A stretch of DNA of 64,000 nt from Lama guanicoe (lineage: Eukaryota), in assembly GCA_013239625.1 (NCBI GenBank), contig MU054757.1, positions 972,251-1,036,250 on the forward strand, in the 5' to 3' direction. The number at the start of each line of letters is the position of its first letter. The first letter of the stretch is position 1. Below, one piece after another: positions 1 to 13,400 of this stretch. A program made the translations under genes and the position numbers. The notes under the pieces were generated by a model, which saw nothing but the letters and a program-made list of their open reading frames with translations, was not told the DNA's origin and made no database searches.

Positions 1-1999
1 AGGATCAAGCTGCATCCTTTGAACTTGGTGTTGGGAAATTAATTTTCAGGTCCATTTCTGATAGGGAAAAACCTAAGCCACAGCTATTCAGTTAGTCATC
101 CCTGATGGAACGACTCAATACAAATCCAGTAAAATAAAAAGTGACCTAGATATTGACCATCCTTATCTCTTTGGACTCACAAAGATTCTTTTCAGAATAA
201 CCCAAGTGATACAGCGTTAAATATGGTGTTATAGGATGTAAAGCGCTTTCTCATTTATTTTGCTCTAAACGGTGGCGGGGTAACAGTACCTAAAAACCTA
301 GAGAACTCCTAACTTCAAACAACGTGCCAACAGATGACCTTCATGGCTGACGTGCCATGTGGGTTAAGGTAAAGGAAGCAGAAAATGAGGGAGAAAAAAA
401 TGAACAAAAGATGGCTCTGGATGAATTTGAAAAGCTCCAAATGTGCTGGCAGCCTTGTTCCTTTTGTGACCAACTAGGTGGGCTCCACTGGGGCAGGAGG
501 GGGTCCTGCCCTGCAGTTTCTCATCCCATGGATCAGTGAGGAACTGACTGACCCTCCAAGCCTTCTGGTGCCAGTTCAGAAGGCTGGCGACACATACTTT
601 CTGAATTAGGTGTGTTGTCTCCCGACTCAGAACTAAGCCTCTTCGTTCAATCAGGATTCACTACAGTAGTCACAGCATCTCAATCTCATATGAGGTAACA
701 GCTTCCCACCCTATGGCCCCTTATTAGCAGCTTTAATGCAGGTGCACATAAAGAAAGCTATGTTGATAGGGCGAGATAACATCACGGCCACGCACACAGA
801 AGACTCACCCTCCCAACTACGTTTACGATGTCACTTCTGTTCCCGTAAGGAGGACAGGGAAATACAGTAAACGGGAAGAAGCAGGCAATTCAAAACTCCT
901 TTAAATATGAATACCAAGCCTCGTAAAAGCAGAAACTCAAAAATATATTCATTATGAAATCATTTTAGTCCAGCAGAAATGTATTATTAATCAAGAGTTT
1001 AACTACGGTAAAAGACATTTGGATGTATATCTTCATACCCAAATTTAAACATTTTTCTGATTATTTTCATCTGCTTAGTTGCATAATTTACCAACCCACA
1101 CAAAAAAACTGTGTGATTAAACATCCCTGGGTTTCACTGCAAACTTCTCACCAGCTTGTTGAATTATTTGTTTCCTAATGGGGAGAGATTACCAGGAGAA
1201 TTAAGTCCAGGCTAACTGGTTCTCCTTCCAAAAATTTGCACATATAAACCTGAGCCTCACTGTGTAAACAATCCAGTGACAGACCCAAGACATCCTAAGA
1301 GTCTGAGGCCACATATCTACAGTCCCCAAATGTTGCACACAGGGTGGCCATTAAAGTCAGTTACAGCTCTGCCTCGAATTGAACTTTGCATTTTTGCAAA
1401 GTGCATTTGCATCTACGAGCTTACTGAATTCTGTGACTCTGTGAATCTGGGAGGACAACTGTAATTAGCCCTGTATTGTACAGGAGAAGACAGATGCAGG
1501 CTGGCCGGGCTGGCCGAGGATGCTGGGGGAGCTGGAGCTGTTACAGAGCCAAACGTGGGGACAGTCAGCCCCTTTCACTCAGTCTGTAGCTGTAGCTCCC
1601 AGGTAAGCACATGGTGCCAAGTGGATACGCTACACTGGGTGCACACCCCGCAAGGCCAGGGCCATGTCTTCATCTTTCCACCTCTGCTGCTCAGGCTAGC
1701 GTAAGCACATAGTAAATGTTCACTGTGAACTGCACTCAAAGGAATCCCAGCTACATGATGGTCCTGGCTCAGAATCTTAGGCATTAAAACCATAGCTCTG
1801 GGCATTCAAGAAGGTAAGAGCAGGTGTTAGGAGAGGAGGGAGGTAATATCTGTTTAGTAACTACTGTTATTAACACTTTCATAGGTTATTCCTTTTTAAA
1901 TTTCACAATGGCTTAACAAGAAGGGTCAATTGCAGCCATAACAGTTCATCTGACAATGGACACCAATTAGCCGTTTAACCAAAGTTGGAGATCACAGGA

Positions 2000-2570
2000 G
2001 AGTTAAATGAACAAAATTGGTTACAAAAAAAGTATATACAATATGATCTAGTTTGTAAAAAGAAATCTGTGCACATAGGCAGAAGAAAATAGTCGGGAAA
2101 AACAGACCCACAGTGGCTATCTCTGGCCTGTGAGATTGACGCGTTTTGTTGTCTTGTGGATCTGCCTTCATTTCTCTCTATTTCCTGTAATGTACAAGTA
2201 TTACTTTTGTAATTAAGATTTTATTTTAAAGAAAAGAAACTGAGAAAGGGATAGGATTCCCTACAGATTTCTGGTGGATTCACAGAAGACTGGAGAGAGG
2301 CGGTCCTCGATGGTGTGAGCGCGGCTGTAGAAAAACAGGTATGATCACACATCATTCAAAGAGCATTTCAGCATTCCCCCAGGGAGGGCAATTTAGCAGT
2401 CTCTCTCTCCGAAATAAACTATGGTGCAAACATGGTGGAACACGTGAAGCTGTTATAAAAAAAAAAGAATGAGAAATTTGTTTGTGTACAGATCTGGAAA
2501 GATCCTGAAGTGAATAAAACAATAAAGACAGGGTGCAGAAAGGCGCACAGCCTGCTACCATTTGTGTAAA
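2000..2570 (+). mobile_element. Old L1ME-type 3' end fragments
   Basis: Degenerate L1ME 3' motifs (gagggcaatttagcagt; aaactatggtg...gaatgag...atctggaaaga; cagtggctatctctgg...ttacttttgtaat). Confidence 0.55.
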
Positions 2571-2607
2571 AGCCAGGGAGGAATAAAGCAGAAATAAGGC
2601 CCAACCA

Positions 2608-2800
2608 TGGAGTCTAGATTGACACGCAGCTGCGCTGAACCCTGGCTCCACCTCGTAGCATCAGAATTTGAGCAGGTTCCTCATTCTCCTCAAAACAGGT
2701 GCTTTACCTCCTGAAAGCCGAGGAGAATACGAACCATCGTGTTGGATAGTTGCGAGGACGATGTGAATTGTGTTTAAACCCCGCCCATCTTAACACACAG
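2608..2800 (+). mobile_element. MIR SINE fragment
   Basis: ggagtctaga...gaaccctggctccacctc...gagcaggtt...ggatagttgcgagga resembles the MIR core. Confidence 0.55.
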
Positions 2801-2949
2801 AACCCATGCTGACTGAGGAGCTGGTACTTACCACATGCTGTTCCAGGTGCCTGACACACTGCAGCGAACAAAACAGACAACAAAAATCAGAGCCACCAAC
2901 ACAGAAAAAAACAAACAAACAAAATCCTCCTCCCCACCCCCCCCGGCAT

Positions 2950-3620
2950 CACCTGGCCCCGATCTTCATTTCTAGCATAGATCCAACTAATGTTTTCTAA
3001 GAACACGCTGCTCCTTTTCAACTGAGTCATCCATATTCCCTGAACACACGTTTCCCACGTTCACATCTCCAGGTCTTGGTTCATGCTATTCCCTCTGGCT
3101 GAAACGTTCCTCTTCCCCCGACCCCGGCTGCCGATACCTCTCCATATCTGTCCAAATTTGATGCATCCTCCAAAACGCCTATCAAATGCTACCACTGCAG
3201 AAAGCAGTCCCTGAATATCCCTGCCTTGAAATGATGACCTCGCTGCCCTAAACTCCTGGGAAGCCACTGTTTCCATCACTGCGGGAGCATCTACCTTGTA
3301 TAATTGCCAGTGACTGTGTGAATACATGTCTTCCTAGATTGTAAGCTCTTGAGAATTAATAGCATCTGACAAAATTCGACATGCTGCACTTAGTTGATGT
3401 TCAGTAAACACTTACTCGTTCATATAGGCATTGCAACTTGAACTCTCCTCATTGGCCTTGCCACCTTGAATTGGAATGATCTGTTACTTGTCTGTTACAT
3501 CGCCTAGCCAACTGTGATTTCCTTAGGACACGGGTGCATCTCTTTCATCTTTAGATCCCTGGAATCCACACCGTACTTGGCAATGGTAGGTGTGCAACAT
3601 ACACGTCTGTTAACTGAGTT
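2950..3620 (+). mobile_element. L2 LINE 3' fragments
   Basis: catgctattccctctggctgaaacgttcctcttcccc; ctagattgtaagctctt; gttcagtaaacactt are L2 3'-end hallmarks. Confidence 0.55.
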
Positions 3621-4407
3621 GCTCTGTTAGACTTGGTTTACTAAGGGCTACAAAACTGTACAGAAATGGGAATTTTATCATTGCTTTGGAGGGGGAACAC
3701 AAAGACATGGAAGCAATAATATAACCTCTTAATATTACCCTCTGTTGTTGAATGGCTGGGTAGATCTACATCTCTGCATGGTCAAAACGTACAGACGTGG
3801 GACTCACGGGCCTCCAGTCCTCACCTCTGAGTTCAGCAATGGCCAAGAATCCCAAATTACTTAACTGGATCCAAACCCACAACCACTTTTTACATCAGCA
3901 TTGAGTATAATATTTGGCCCATGGAAACTGTTTTATAATAGCATTTGATTGAACAAACAAATGAACGAATGAATGAATAGCAGTCAACTTCAGAGCATCC
4001 TCCAAAAGGAGCCATATGACAATGACTAGGCGGGTCCGGGATTTCAACAGACAGACCCTACAGCCCAGAAGGCAACACCACACGCAACAGGAACTTGCTG
4101 CCTTGGCATTCCTGAAAGCCTCCTGTTTTTGTGAAGACCAAACCACGATTCAGGGGCCCCAGATCAAAATCACAAGAGTTTAAGACTAAACTTTAGTAAT
4201 GCTACTGTCAAGCCTAAATCAGTTTCCTTGATATAAGGTCGTCTTCATTTTTCCAGTTCAAGGTTCCCTTAGCTGGAAATAGCTCTTCAGTGATGACAAG
4301 TTCACAGTCCCAACCAGGACTCTCTTCCCCCGACTTCTCATTTTATAAAGTTTCAATCACATAGAAACGTTGAATACCACAGTCACCCCCGTACACTTCC
4401 CCTAGAG

Positions 4408-4625
4408 CAATGGTCCNNNNNNNNNNNNNNNNNNNNNNNNNNNNNNNNNNNNNNNNNNNNNNNNNNNNNNNNNNNNNNNNNNNNNNNNNNNNNNNNNNNN
4501 NNNNNNNNNNNNNNNNNNNNNNNNNNNNNNNNNNNNNNNNNNNNNNNNNACAGCGCACAGGACGGCCCTGCAACAAAGAATGATTTGGCCCCAAATGTCA
4601 ACAGTGTGGAGGTTGAACAACACTG
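4408..4625 (+). mobile_element. MER20 hAT-Charlie MITE (interior lost in N gap 4417-4549)
   Basis: 3' part cacaggacggccctgcaacaaagaatgatttggccccaaatgtcaacagtg...ggttgaacaacactg matches the MER20 end. Confidence 0.85.
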
Positions 4626-4629
4626 ACCT

Positions 4630-5000
4630 AGCTTTATCAATTAATAATATTTTGCAACAGTGGCTTTATCCCCTCTCCCTTTGCTCCTTTATCCAATCCC
4701 TTTGTCTCTGTTTGCATGTGTAAAATGTTTACTTGAACCATTTACAGTAAGTAATAGACATTGGGACACTTCACCCCTAAATTCTGCAGCATCTCTCTCT
4801 TAAGGAAAAGGATACCTTCCTTTAAAACTATAATACTATATTGCACTCAAATTTAATATTGACACAATATTATCTAATATATAGCCTATATTCAAATGTC
4901 CCCAGTTATCCTAATGATGTTCATTAATAAGTTTTAGGGGGGGTTGATTCAGTATCCAGTCAAGCTTTATGCTTTGCACTTAGTTATCTTGTCTCTTTAT
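4630..5000 (-). mobile_element. L1MC-type 3' end fragment
   Basis: tgaaccatttacagtaagt...cacttcacccctaaattctgcagcat...aatttaatattgacacaatattatctaat resembles antisense L1MC4/5. Confidence 0.6.
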
Positions 5001-5062
5001 TCAATCATGTTTCAAGGGTGCAAAGTTATCATAAATTTAAGACTCGAAAAAAGATGATGCCA

Positions 5063-5188
5063 GGGGCGAGAGGGAGGGTGTAGCTCAGCGGGAGAGCATG
5101 TGCTTTACCACACGAGGTCCTAGGTTCAATCCTCAATACCTCCATTTAATAAATAAATCTAATTACCTTCCCCACACTCTTCCCCAAA
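5063..5188 (+). mobile_element. Camelid tRNA-Ala-derived SINE (vic-1 type)
   Basis: gggagggtgtagctcagcgggagagc...gaggtcctaggttcaatcctcaatacctcc + aataaat tail; TSD atgatgcca at 5054-5062 and 5189-5197. Confidence 0.92.
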
Positions 5189-6054
5189 ATGATGCCAACT
5201 TCCTTCAAATCCCAGCAATAATGACCACTTTTTATAAATCACACCAAAGAGTCTATTCAAAAGCAACCCCAGGAATTCACACAGTACCTGGCAACGTAGC
5301 TGTGCAACAGAAACTGTTTGCTAACTGAGCTGACACGCAAGTTATAAGAATCTTTTATGCAAGGACCATAATTGTCGGCAGTTGGGACGGGGCCCCAAGG
5401 ACTCCCAGGAGTTTTCAAAGGGCAGAGTTCAAGATGGAAATACAAATTAGTAACTTATCAGCAACCAGAAGGAAGAACAAAAAGGGTGCTAGAACTGAGG
5501 ATGAGGGAAAGGGGCCAGTCCGGAATGAGAGGCCCCCACTGTCTGGCTGTCAGGGTGAGACAGCAGGATGGGCTAGGGGGAGTGGCACGGATGCGCAACA
5601 GACACCAGGGCCAGGGTTTGGACATCAAAGAAAATTCTAGCCCAGCTAGAAAGTCTCTCACTGATGTCTTGATGTGCCAGGAGCCCGGGCACAGCCAGAC
5701 TAGACTGTTCGCATTTGCTGGAGAATGCCAGGCACTTACCTGACCTGTTCCTCCCCAGAAAGGATCTGAGGGGGCAAATGAATCTCCTGACAAGACAGTA
5801 CAGCTTGGTTTAGCTGATGACCGGAGGGAAGACTGGCCAATCAGCTTTAAGAGAGGATTCAGAATGGACACACAGGGCACTGTACAAGCCAAGCCTCTAC
5901 ACAGAGCAGCCTTTGAGGTCAACCAACAAGACTTCATTGAGCATCAACTCCTTTTTGCAAGGCTCTGGGTGGCCTTGAATATGATGTGGCAACCCTACAG
6001 TCCACGGTGCTTACTCGCTGGGCTATCATGTAGTCTGCGGACTCTCTCTCTTCA

Positions 6055-6180
6055 CTACATTCATTCATTCAATTGCCCTTTCAAAACATTTTACTAAGGA
6101 TTTCCGTGCCAGTCATTGCGCAGGGCTAGAGCTGTGACAAACAGATAGGGCGCTTGCCCTCACGGGGCTGGTGGTAAGAT
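6055..6180 (-). mobile_element. L2 3' end fragment
   Basis: cattcattcattca...aacattttactaagga...gtgccag...cttgccctcacggggct. Confidence 0.55.
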
Positions 6181-7161
6181 TGCTAAGGAAGGAGGCATCA
6201 TGGCTCCCCCAACCCAGACATGGTCCAGGCTCTGGGCTTTGCCCTGAACCCTGAACTTTCATTTGAAACTCCTCAGGTAGGAGTCCCATGCTGGGAAATT
6301 CAGGCATCAAGGAGACAGGGAATTCTTCCTGACACCTCTCCATTTAGTCCACACAGGCAACCATTTCATCCATACTGTTAGCTACTTTTCCTGTTTCATC
6401 TAGAGCCCAGTCTTTGGCTCTGAGCATTATCTGGAACACGAATATGCTCTCAGGACCCACCAAATGCATCATGTCATGGAACTTAATAATGCTTACGGCA
6501 TTAAGGAAACCCAGCATTGGCTGCATCTGCCAAATGGCCTCATCCGATTTTCAAATATGTTGTGAAAACACTTTTGTGAACACTCATCCATTTGAGAAGC
6601 AGCATTCACGCTCATATCTGACTTATCTACAGATGAATCATAACCTATTATTGCTACTGACCAAGCTTAGCCAAGTCCACATGGCTTCCCAATGAACGTC
6701 CTCAGGAACCACATATAAAAAACTCAAACACTTTCTAAGTTAGCTACCCATTGTGAGAATTATATTTTCACCATTGGGGACATGCACATATATTTTGATC
6801 ATTTTTAAATTTGTCCGGATTAACATAGAAAGTATCTGCCTGTCTGGACTTTAGTTTTCTTAATCTTCTTAGTCTTGCTTAATGATTTTTAGAACCCTAT
6901 GTTAAAAGTATATCCAATAGCAATCTCTCATTAAGTTTTTTTTTTAATTTGAGTGAGATAATCAAACATGACTTAAAAATGATCCTCAATTAGGTACTAG
7001 CAGGAATACAAGGAAAGAGATTATAGAAGGAAGAAAGTGAAAAGAGAGAAAACGAAAGTTATATGACTAGATATGCACCCTTTGTGAACTAAGAGTGAAA
7101 AAGTATATAGAATGACAATAGCCTGGAGGGCAGGAGACTCAGTTCTGAGTCCACCATGTCT

Positions 7162-7268
7162 GGGGGGAAGGTATAGCTCAAATGGTAGAGCACGTGCTTA
7201 GCATGCATGAGGACCTGAGTTCAATCCCCAGCACCTCCTCTGAAAAATAAGTATATAAGTAAACCCAA
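7162..7268 (+). mobile_element. Camelid tRNA-Ala-derived SINE (vic-1 type)
   Basis: ggtatagctcaaatggtagagcacgtgcttagcatgcatgaggacctgagttcaatccccagcacctcc with A-rich tail. Confidence 0.93.
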
Positions 7269-7283
7269 GTCTATAATTTATAG

Positions 7284-7650
7284 CAGGGATGAGCCAGATA
7301 ATGTTTTCAGTTTTGAGGGTCATTTGGGCTTTGCTGCATTTAGTCATCTCTACTGCTGTATCTGGAGTAGCCATGGACGATGTGCAAACTAACGAGCGCG
7401 GCTGTGTTCCAAGAAAACTTCGTAACTGATGGAGATGTTAGCTGTCTTGACTGTGGTGGTGGTTTCATAGGTGTATCCATCTATCAAAATTCATCAAATT
7501 GTACATCTGAAATCTGTGTAGTTTACTGTACAGGAATTACACCACAACAAAGGTGCTTAAAACAAAATAAAAACAAACAAAAAAAGAAAACCTTATTAGC
7601 AACAAAAAAAATCTGCATTCGGCCCACTGGCCATAGTTTGCTGACCCCTG
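7284..7650 (+). mobile_element. MER58A MITE split by an L1 3' fragment
   Basis: 5' part ...gcagggatgagccagata...ggctgtgttccaagaaaactt; 3' part ggcccactggccatagtttgctgacccctg. Confidence 0.8.
7425..7583 (+). mobile_element. L1MB/MC-type 3' terminal fragment nested in MER58A
   Basis: gatggagatgttagctgtcttgactgtggtggtggtttcataggtgtat...caaattgtacat + A tail; degenerate TSD aagaaaacttcgta/aagaaaaccttatta. Confidence 0.8.
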
Positions 7651-9971
7651 GACTTACAGAGGCACCTTGGAAAAGTCATGTATATTTCTGTCCCTCAGTG
7701 TTCTTCTCCACAGAATGAAGCGGCAGGATGATATGATTTCTGAGGTCCCTTCAAGCTCCAAAATGTTCACCTTCATCTACTAAACCAGTCTCTTTCTCAA
7801 AGGCCATAATCTCTAAAAAGATTGGAAGAAACCCAGAGCCGCAAATTTCACAAAAGTGTTTTTCCACCGAGGTAACAGTTCACCACTCAAGCGAGGTGAA
7901 CAAGATTCCTATTTTCCACAGCCTTTGACCCCAAAGTAGAGCATTATAGCTCATTCATCACATACCTGAATATTTATGGGGAGTTTCAAATCTCTGAACC
8001 ATTGATCTTGTTTTAGAAACAGGGCCACTATCTGGATGAGTGATGTTTCAAATACGTAGTATGTAAGCAGTCAAGAATCGCAGTGGGAACACTTGCCACA
8101 GTGGCTGCTTTCTAAAATTCAAATCAGGATTTTGGAGGTCTTATACAAACGGTTTGTGAGCCGATTTTTGTAGGGTTTTCAAATGTGATGTTCTAAGATG
8201 TTTTAGCCTGATTCACATTTTTAAAGCCACCAACAGCCATTTGTTTTCCAAACACAAGTGTGCCTGTTTTCAATGGAAATTATGCTTGGGTTTGGTTTGC
8301 TATTTTAGTGTCTGCTGGAGACTTCTTTCTTTACTGCTGATTTATAATCCCTAAAGAGCAGGTGTTCATAGTACACCTGCTGACATCCTTAACAAGGTAA
8401 GACAGAGAGTCACAGCACAGTGAGGCACACCTAAATACACTTGGCGTGCTAAGGTGTGTTGTCTGGTTTCCTTCCCCAGAGTTAGACTGCTTTGGTGACA
8501 TTTTTAATGGGTTATTTATAACATCAACAAAGCACATCAACTTCGTGTACTTTAATTTTACCTAATTCTCGCAAGATTTCTGATGGCTTTTTATTTAGAC
8601 CCATTTAACACAGAGATTCATGGTTTTGTTCCTGCATTCACATGACCATCACCTCACCCCATCACAACTCTTAATCCATCACTCTTCATTTTCCTTAACT
8701 ATTAATATAGAAGCAACAAATGTTTACATGATGGTAAGCGCAGAAATTAAATTTCCTAATACTTTCTGCCTAGATATCAAAGGGGAATCTGTGATTTCCC
8801 CAGATTTTTCAGTATACACACATCTCCAAGGTCATCCAAAATGTGTAAGACTAGAGAGGACAAGAAACCTCATAGGACATGAAACTATACACTTGAAAAG
8901 AGAGATCTGTCACTCAGGGCCTCCTACTACATTTTGGTGGGGGGGGGTGTCTTTAAACAGCTGTGAAGATCATAAGGAGAAAACATACTCTAAAGATAAC
9001 ATGGGAGCTTTCAGGTAGTAACGAAAATCAATTTACACATGCTTCCCAGCCAATATCACCCTCCTCGTATTTATTTATGTTTTGTTCATTTGAAAACCTT
9101 TTTGTTTGGCACCATTCTCTGGGTACAACTGTGACAGATAAAGAAGATAAGCCCCTGCCCTTGTCTAATCTGATCTAATAAACATAAGGAAAACAATCTC
9201 ATAAAAAACAGAGAGGAGGTGATGCCAAGTGTAGGCTGAAGACCTGGGCATCAGACCTCCTTGTTCCTTATGGGGAAACAGAATTATGGTTTATGTCTTT
9301 AGAACATCTCTTCAGGGTGGAGTCCGCCTCACACTCTGCTGGCGGAAGAGAAAACCCATATTCTCTGATAATTTTCATCTCAATTCTTCCCTCACATTTC
9401 CGTAACAATTTTGATAAAAATATTTATCATGACAATTAGTTTTTATCCATCTCCCGAACTTCCACCTGGAGTTCATCCAAATTTTTCATTCTGTCTGCTC
9501 CAAAGATAGGCATGTTATCGCTGAACACTAAGATCCAGAAATTCCTTGTCCTAACCTAAGTAATGGCCACGAGTAAGCTCCGCTACATTTTGACGTCCAA
9601 ACATGCTCATTTTATGAAGTGGGACAAAAACCATCATGTATTTCCCACAATGTGGCATAGAAAAGAAATGAGCTGAAAACACTGGGAAGACAATAAGCTC
9701 TCAATATTTCTACATCCTGCAGTAATTACTTCCACAGCAAGGAAGACATTTCTTTACAAAGTGTGCAGACTTGCAAGTGGCAGAGATCTATATCATAACT
9801 AGGTAGGACATGCAAAGTTTTTATTAGACAAGTTCTAAAATCTGTTCCTCTGACAGTGAAAAGAAATACTCTAACCATCACTATTTCCAGAAAAAAGGTT
9901 TTAGCAACTAAATGATGCATTTATTAGAAAATTCTGAAAATCTTTCATAATAAAAAGTGCCTCTTACCACC

Positions 9972-10133
9972 TGGCTTCTCCAACGTTCAGATGCCGATGA
10001 ATTAGCTGGGCATCTTGTTAAAATATGGGTTCTGATTCAGCAAGCCTAGGGTGGGGCTCAAAATTCTGCATTTCTAATGAGCTCCAAGTGGTCCAGATAC
10101 TGCTGGCCCAAGGAGCACACTTTGAGCAGCAAG
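9972..10133. mobile_element. MER5A/MER5B-type MITE
   Basis: cttgttaaaatatgggttctgattcagcaagcctagggtggggctcaaaattctgcatttctaatgagctcc...cacactttgagcagcaag. Confidence 0.8.
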
Positions 10134-10951
10134 CCTTAACCTGCTTCTAAAACTATCGTTGCTGGAGGTTTCAACCTGGGACTTCCAGATGGATGGCAGT
10201 TGACAGGTGTCTGTGAGGTCACTGACACCAGATTGGCAGGCATTTGCCAGGATGGAAGTCAGCACCCAACTCCTTACCTGACACGGACCTGGGGAGACCC
10301 GGATCAGGGCAAAAGGGTCGATGAGAAGTGATTTAAATGAGGAAAACAAAACAAAGTTTGTCCCCTGAACAAATGTTCACAGTCACATCCATGATCATCT
10401 CCATTAAATGGAACTAGAATTCATTTCCTTCCAACATGAGCACAGAGCCTCCCTTACGGTCTGGAATCAAAGGGTTCCCTTCTCTGGGTCGGATTCTGGG
10501 GTAAGTGTGTATCTTAGAAGCCCTATCAGTATCCACCATCCTAGACAAAGTACACAGGTCATGGCTTGGCCCTAATCTTTGGCTAAGGTATTGGTTCTTT
10601 AGCAGAGCACAGTTGAAAAGCTCTGGGACACCTTCCTTGAAGCCCCTACCCTACGTCCTTCCAAGGGGATTTATTGAGCATATATCGTACCTTGTAACTC
10701 ACCAAAACTCTCTTAAGAACGCAGTATGATCACTTGGTCTCAGTTCTCAAGGAACATGTACAAAAGCTAATGACAGGAAACTTACATGTAATATACGTTG
10801 GAAGCAACCAAGAATAAACTAGATTGAAAATATACATCTCTGCAGAAATATTACACATCCTCATAGCATTGTTTCTCATGCCACTACCTTCACAAAGGCT
10901 TGACTCACACATCCAGCAATGCTGTCTCCTCCCTCTATTCCCCACCTCAGT

Positions 10952-11142
10952 GGGCTTGGCCCACTGCCTGTTTTGTAAATAAAATTCAATTGGAATATGG
11001 CCATGCCCGTTGAGTTAAGTATTGTTGATGGCTGCTTTTGTGTGAAAATGGTGGAGTTGAGTAGTGTGACAGAGACCATGTGGCCTGCAAAGTCTAAGAT
11101 ATTTACATCTGGATATTTACAGAAACAGTTTGCCAACCTCTG
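10952..11142 (-). mobile_element. MER58A MITE
   Basis: gcctgttttgtaaataaaa...ttggaatatggccatgccc...gagttgagtagt...gacagagacc...tttacagaaacagtttgccaacctctg. Confidence 0.88.
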
Positions 11143-11235
11143 CTCTAGAGTAATGAGAACCTGAGTAACTTCCTGATGTCACTTTAATTGCATCCTGTAT
11201 TACAGTCCACTCTAAATGGAGGGCAGGGGTGGGGG

Positions 11236-11256
11236 GAGAGAGAGAGAGAGAGAGAG
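11236..11256 (+). repeat. (GA)~10 microsatellite after a G-rich run
   Basis: Direct reading. Confidence 0.9.
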
Positions 11257-13186
11257 GGAGATCTCCAGTGCCACCCAATTGCACAAGTCCAGGTGACATT
11301 ATTTAGTTTATGGCATAACCGAACCTGTGTCCTACAGGGATACAGTTCTCTCAGACGTTCCAAACCTCCTTATATCCGAGTAAGTCATGGACCACCAGTA
11401 TAAGGATTTGCCTAAGTGTGGAGCTCAGTGAATTGAGTTGAATGAAATTGAACTCTGGAGTTTTTCTAGGGCACCACTGATGCTGTGATATTTAGGACGG
11501 TGAAATTATCGAGAGAAATAAGCAAACATCTGATTATACCTGTAACCAAATTAGCAGAAACCAAATGGTCCTTTTGGCAGCAAAACAAAAAGTGGCTCTT
11601 ACAGCCATTTTGTTTGACAGGGATTTTACAAGAGGCTCCATAATGAATTGCAGCCATAAAATACATGATATTAGCACTAGCAATCCTTGGTGAATCTTTA
11701 CTTCCAAGCCATAGCGGAGATAAAGAGCACAGTCCGTGCCCTTTCCAATGCAAACAGCCCAGAAGCACAGTCATTGGCACGCCGGTTTATGGGCTGTGTA
11801 TTTCTCCTTCTGCTCCTACAGCCCCATTCATCTGGTATTTTACAGTCTTAGCTGGGCTCCAAGGACCCAGCAGGAAGGAGAGGCAGTAATTGCATTTTGT
11901 AAGCAATTAACTTTGTTCTTTCTTCTAAAAGTTCCTGCTTTATGTTCATCAATTTTTAAGAACAGAATAAAAATATACACCTTCTGTCATCGCCTCTGGA
12001 AAGGAGACTAAGTCAAATCCTTTCCAAACTACCATATTCGTTCACTGTATGTTCTGAAGCTCAGCATTTCACTCCTTTACTATCATTCTACCAGTGAAAG
12101 AAATTCCATGCTTTTGCAATCGTGAGCCCATACCATTCCTACTAATCACTAAGATCATAGAAGAAAGGAGTTTTCAAGACGCTGGTGAGTCTTGGGCCCT
12201 TTAAAATAAATACGTTTCATTTTTAAGGATACAGCATGCTATTTCATCTATCTCCCCCCACTAAAAAAAAACCCAAAAATTTTAATCTTGCCCATATCAG
12301 AAGTTTATACATAAATTTAGAGAATTTTTTGAAAACACTTAGATACAATTGGGATGAAAAAGACTAATAAGTGTAATGCTTAAATTTAATACATTTGACT
12401 TAGATATGGACCATAAAATTACACAGCAAAAATTGTGCATTTCAGTGAAAGCGCTTTCCTAATAACTTAAATTTCATACATTTTCTCTAAAGCACACAAA
12501 ATAGACCTTGATTTCATAAAGGATTAGAATATAGATATTCCAATAAAAGGTCTGGCATCCTACATCCAAATGTCATTCTAGCACAAGAAACCTGAGGTAT
12601 GAAGGATATATCCAGGCTAAATTGGTGTACATAAACTTCTGATGGTTCTAATAACAAACTTTGCTGTGTCTGGTCCTCTGTGTTAAATAGCAAAAACTGA
12701 GAATTCCAACTCAATGTAACCTATTGTCCATGTGGGGTAAAAGGCATTGGCTCTCCCCATCCTTTAAAATGCTGGTTAAATTCTCACGTCCTCTGGAAGC
12801 TTCTGCACTTTCCTCCTCTGGTCCACAGTGACATCTCTGAATTCCTATAGTTATTACCATCTCACACCTCCACTTGGTCATTCACAGACCACTCAAATTC
12901 AGCACATCCAAAAGTGAATTCACGTTCATTCTCTCAAACCGACTCCTGTGCCTGACTTCCAAATCCCTATAAATGGCAACCCTGGTACTCCAAGAGAGGC
13001 TACAATGAATTCCATGCATTTCCGGAAATATACGTGCCTTTTCTTTTCTCATCTTTGAGTGCCTAAGCTTTCTGGCCCCTCAAGCCTAGAAGCCTTCGCC
13101 AACTCTCCCATCTCTATTCATTCTCCTGACTGACTTCTTATCCTTCTGGCTTAAGGGTTCATCCTCTAAGAAACATTCTACCCACT

Positions 13187-13400
13187 TGCTCTGTCCAATA
13201 TGGTGACCACTCACACCACAGATAGCTACTGAACACTGGAATTGCGGAGAGTCTGAACTGAAATGTGCTATAAGTGTGAAAACCATACCAGATTTCAAAG
13301 GCTCAGGAAAAAATAAAACAAAATGTTTCATTAAGAATTTTAAAAAATTGATTGCATATTGAAAAATATTACTTTGGATATATTGTGTTAAGCAAAATAT
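13187..13400. mobile_element. MER33 MITE (partial)
   Basis: ctgtccaatatggtgaccact...gaaatgtgctataagtgtgaaaacc...gatttcaaaggctcag...tttggatatattgtgttaa. Confidence 0.8.
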
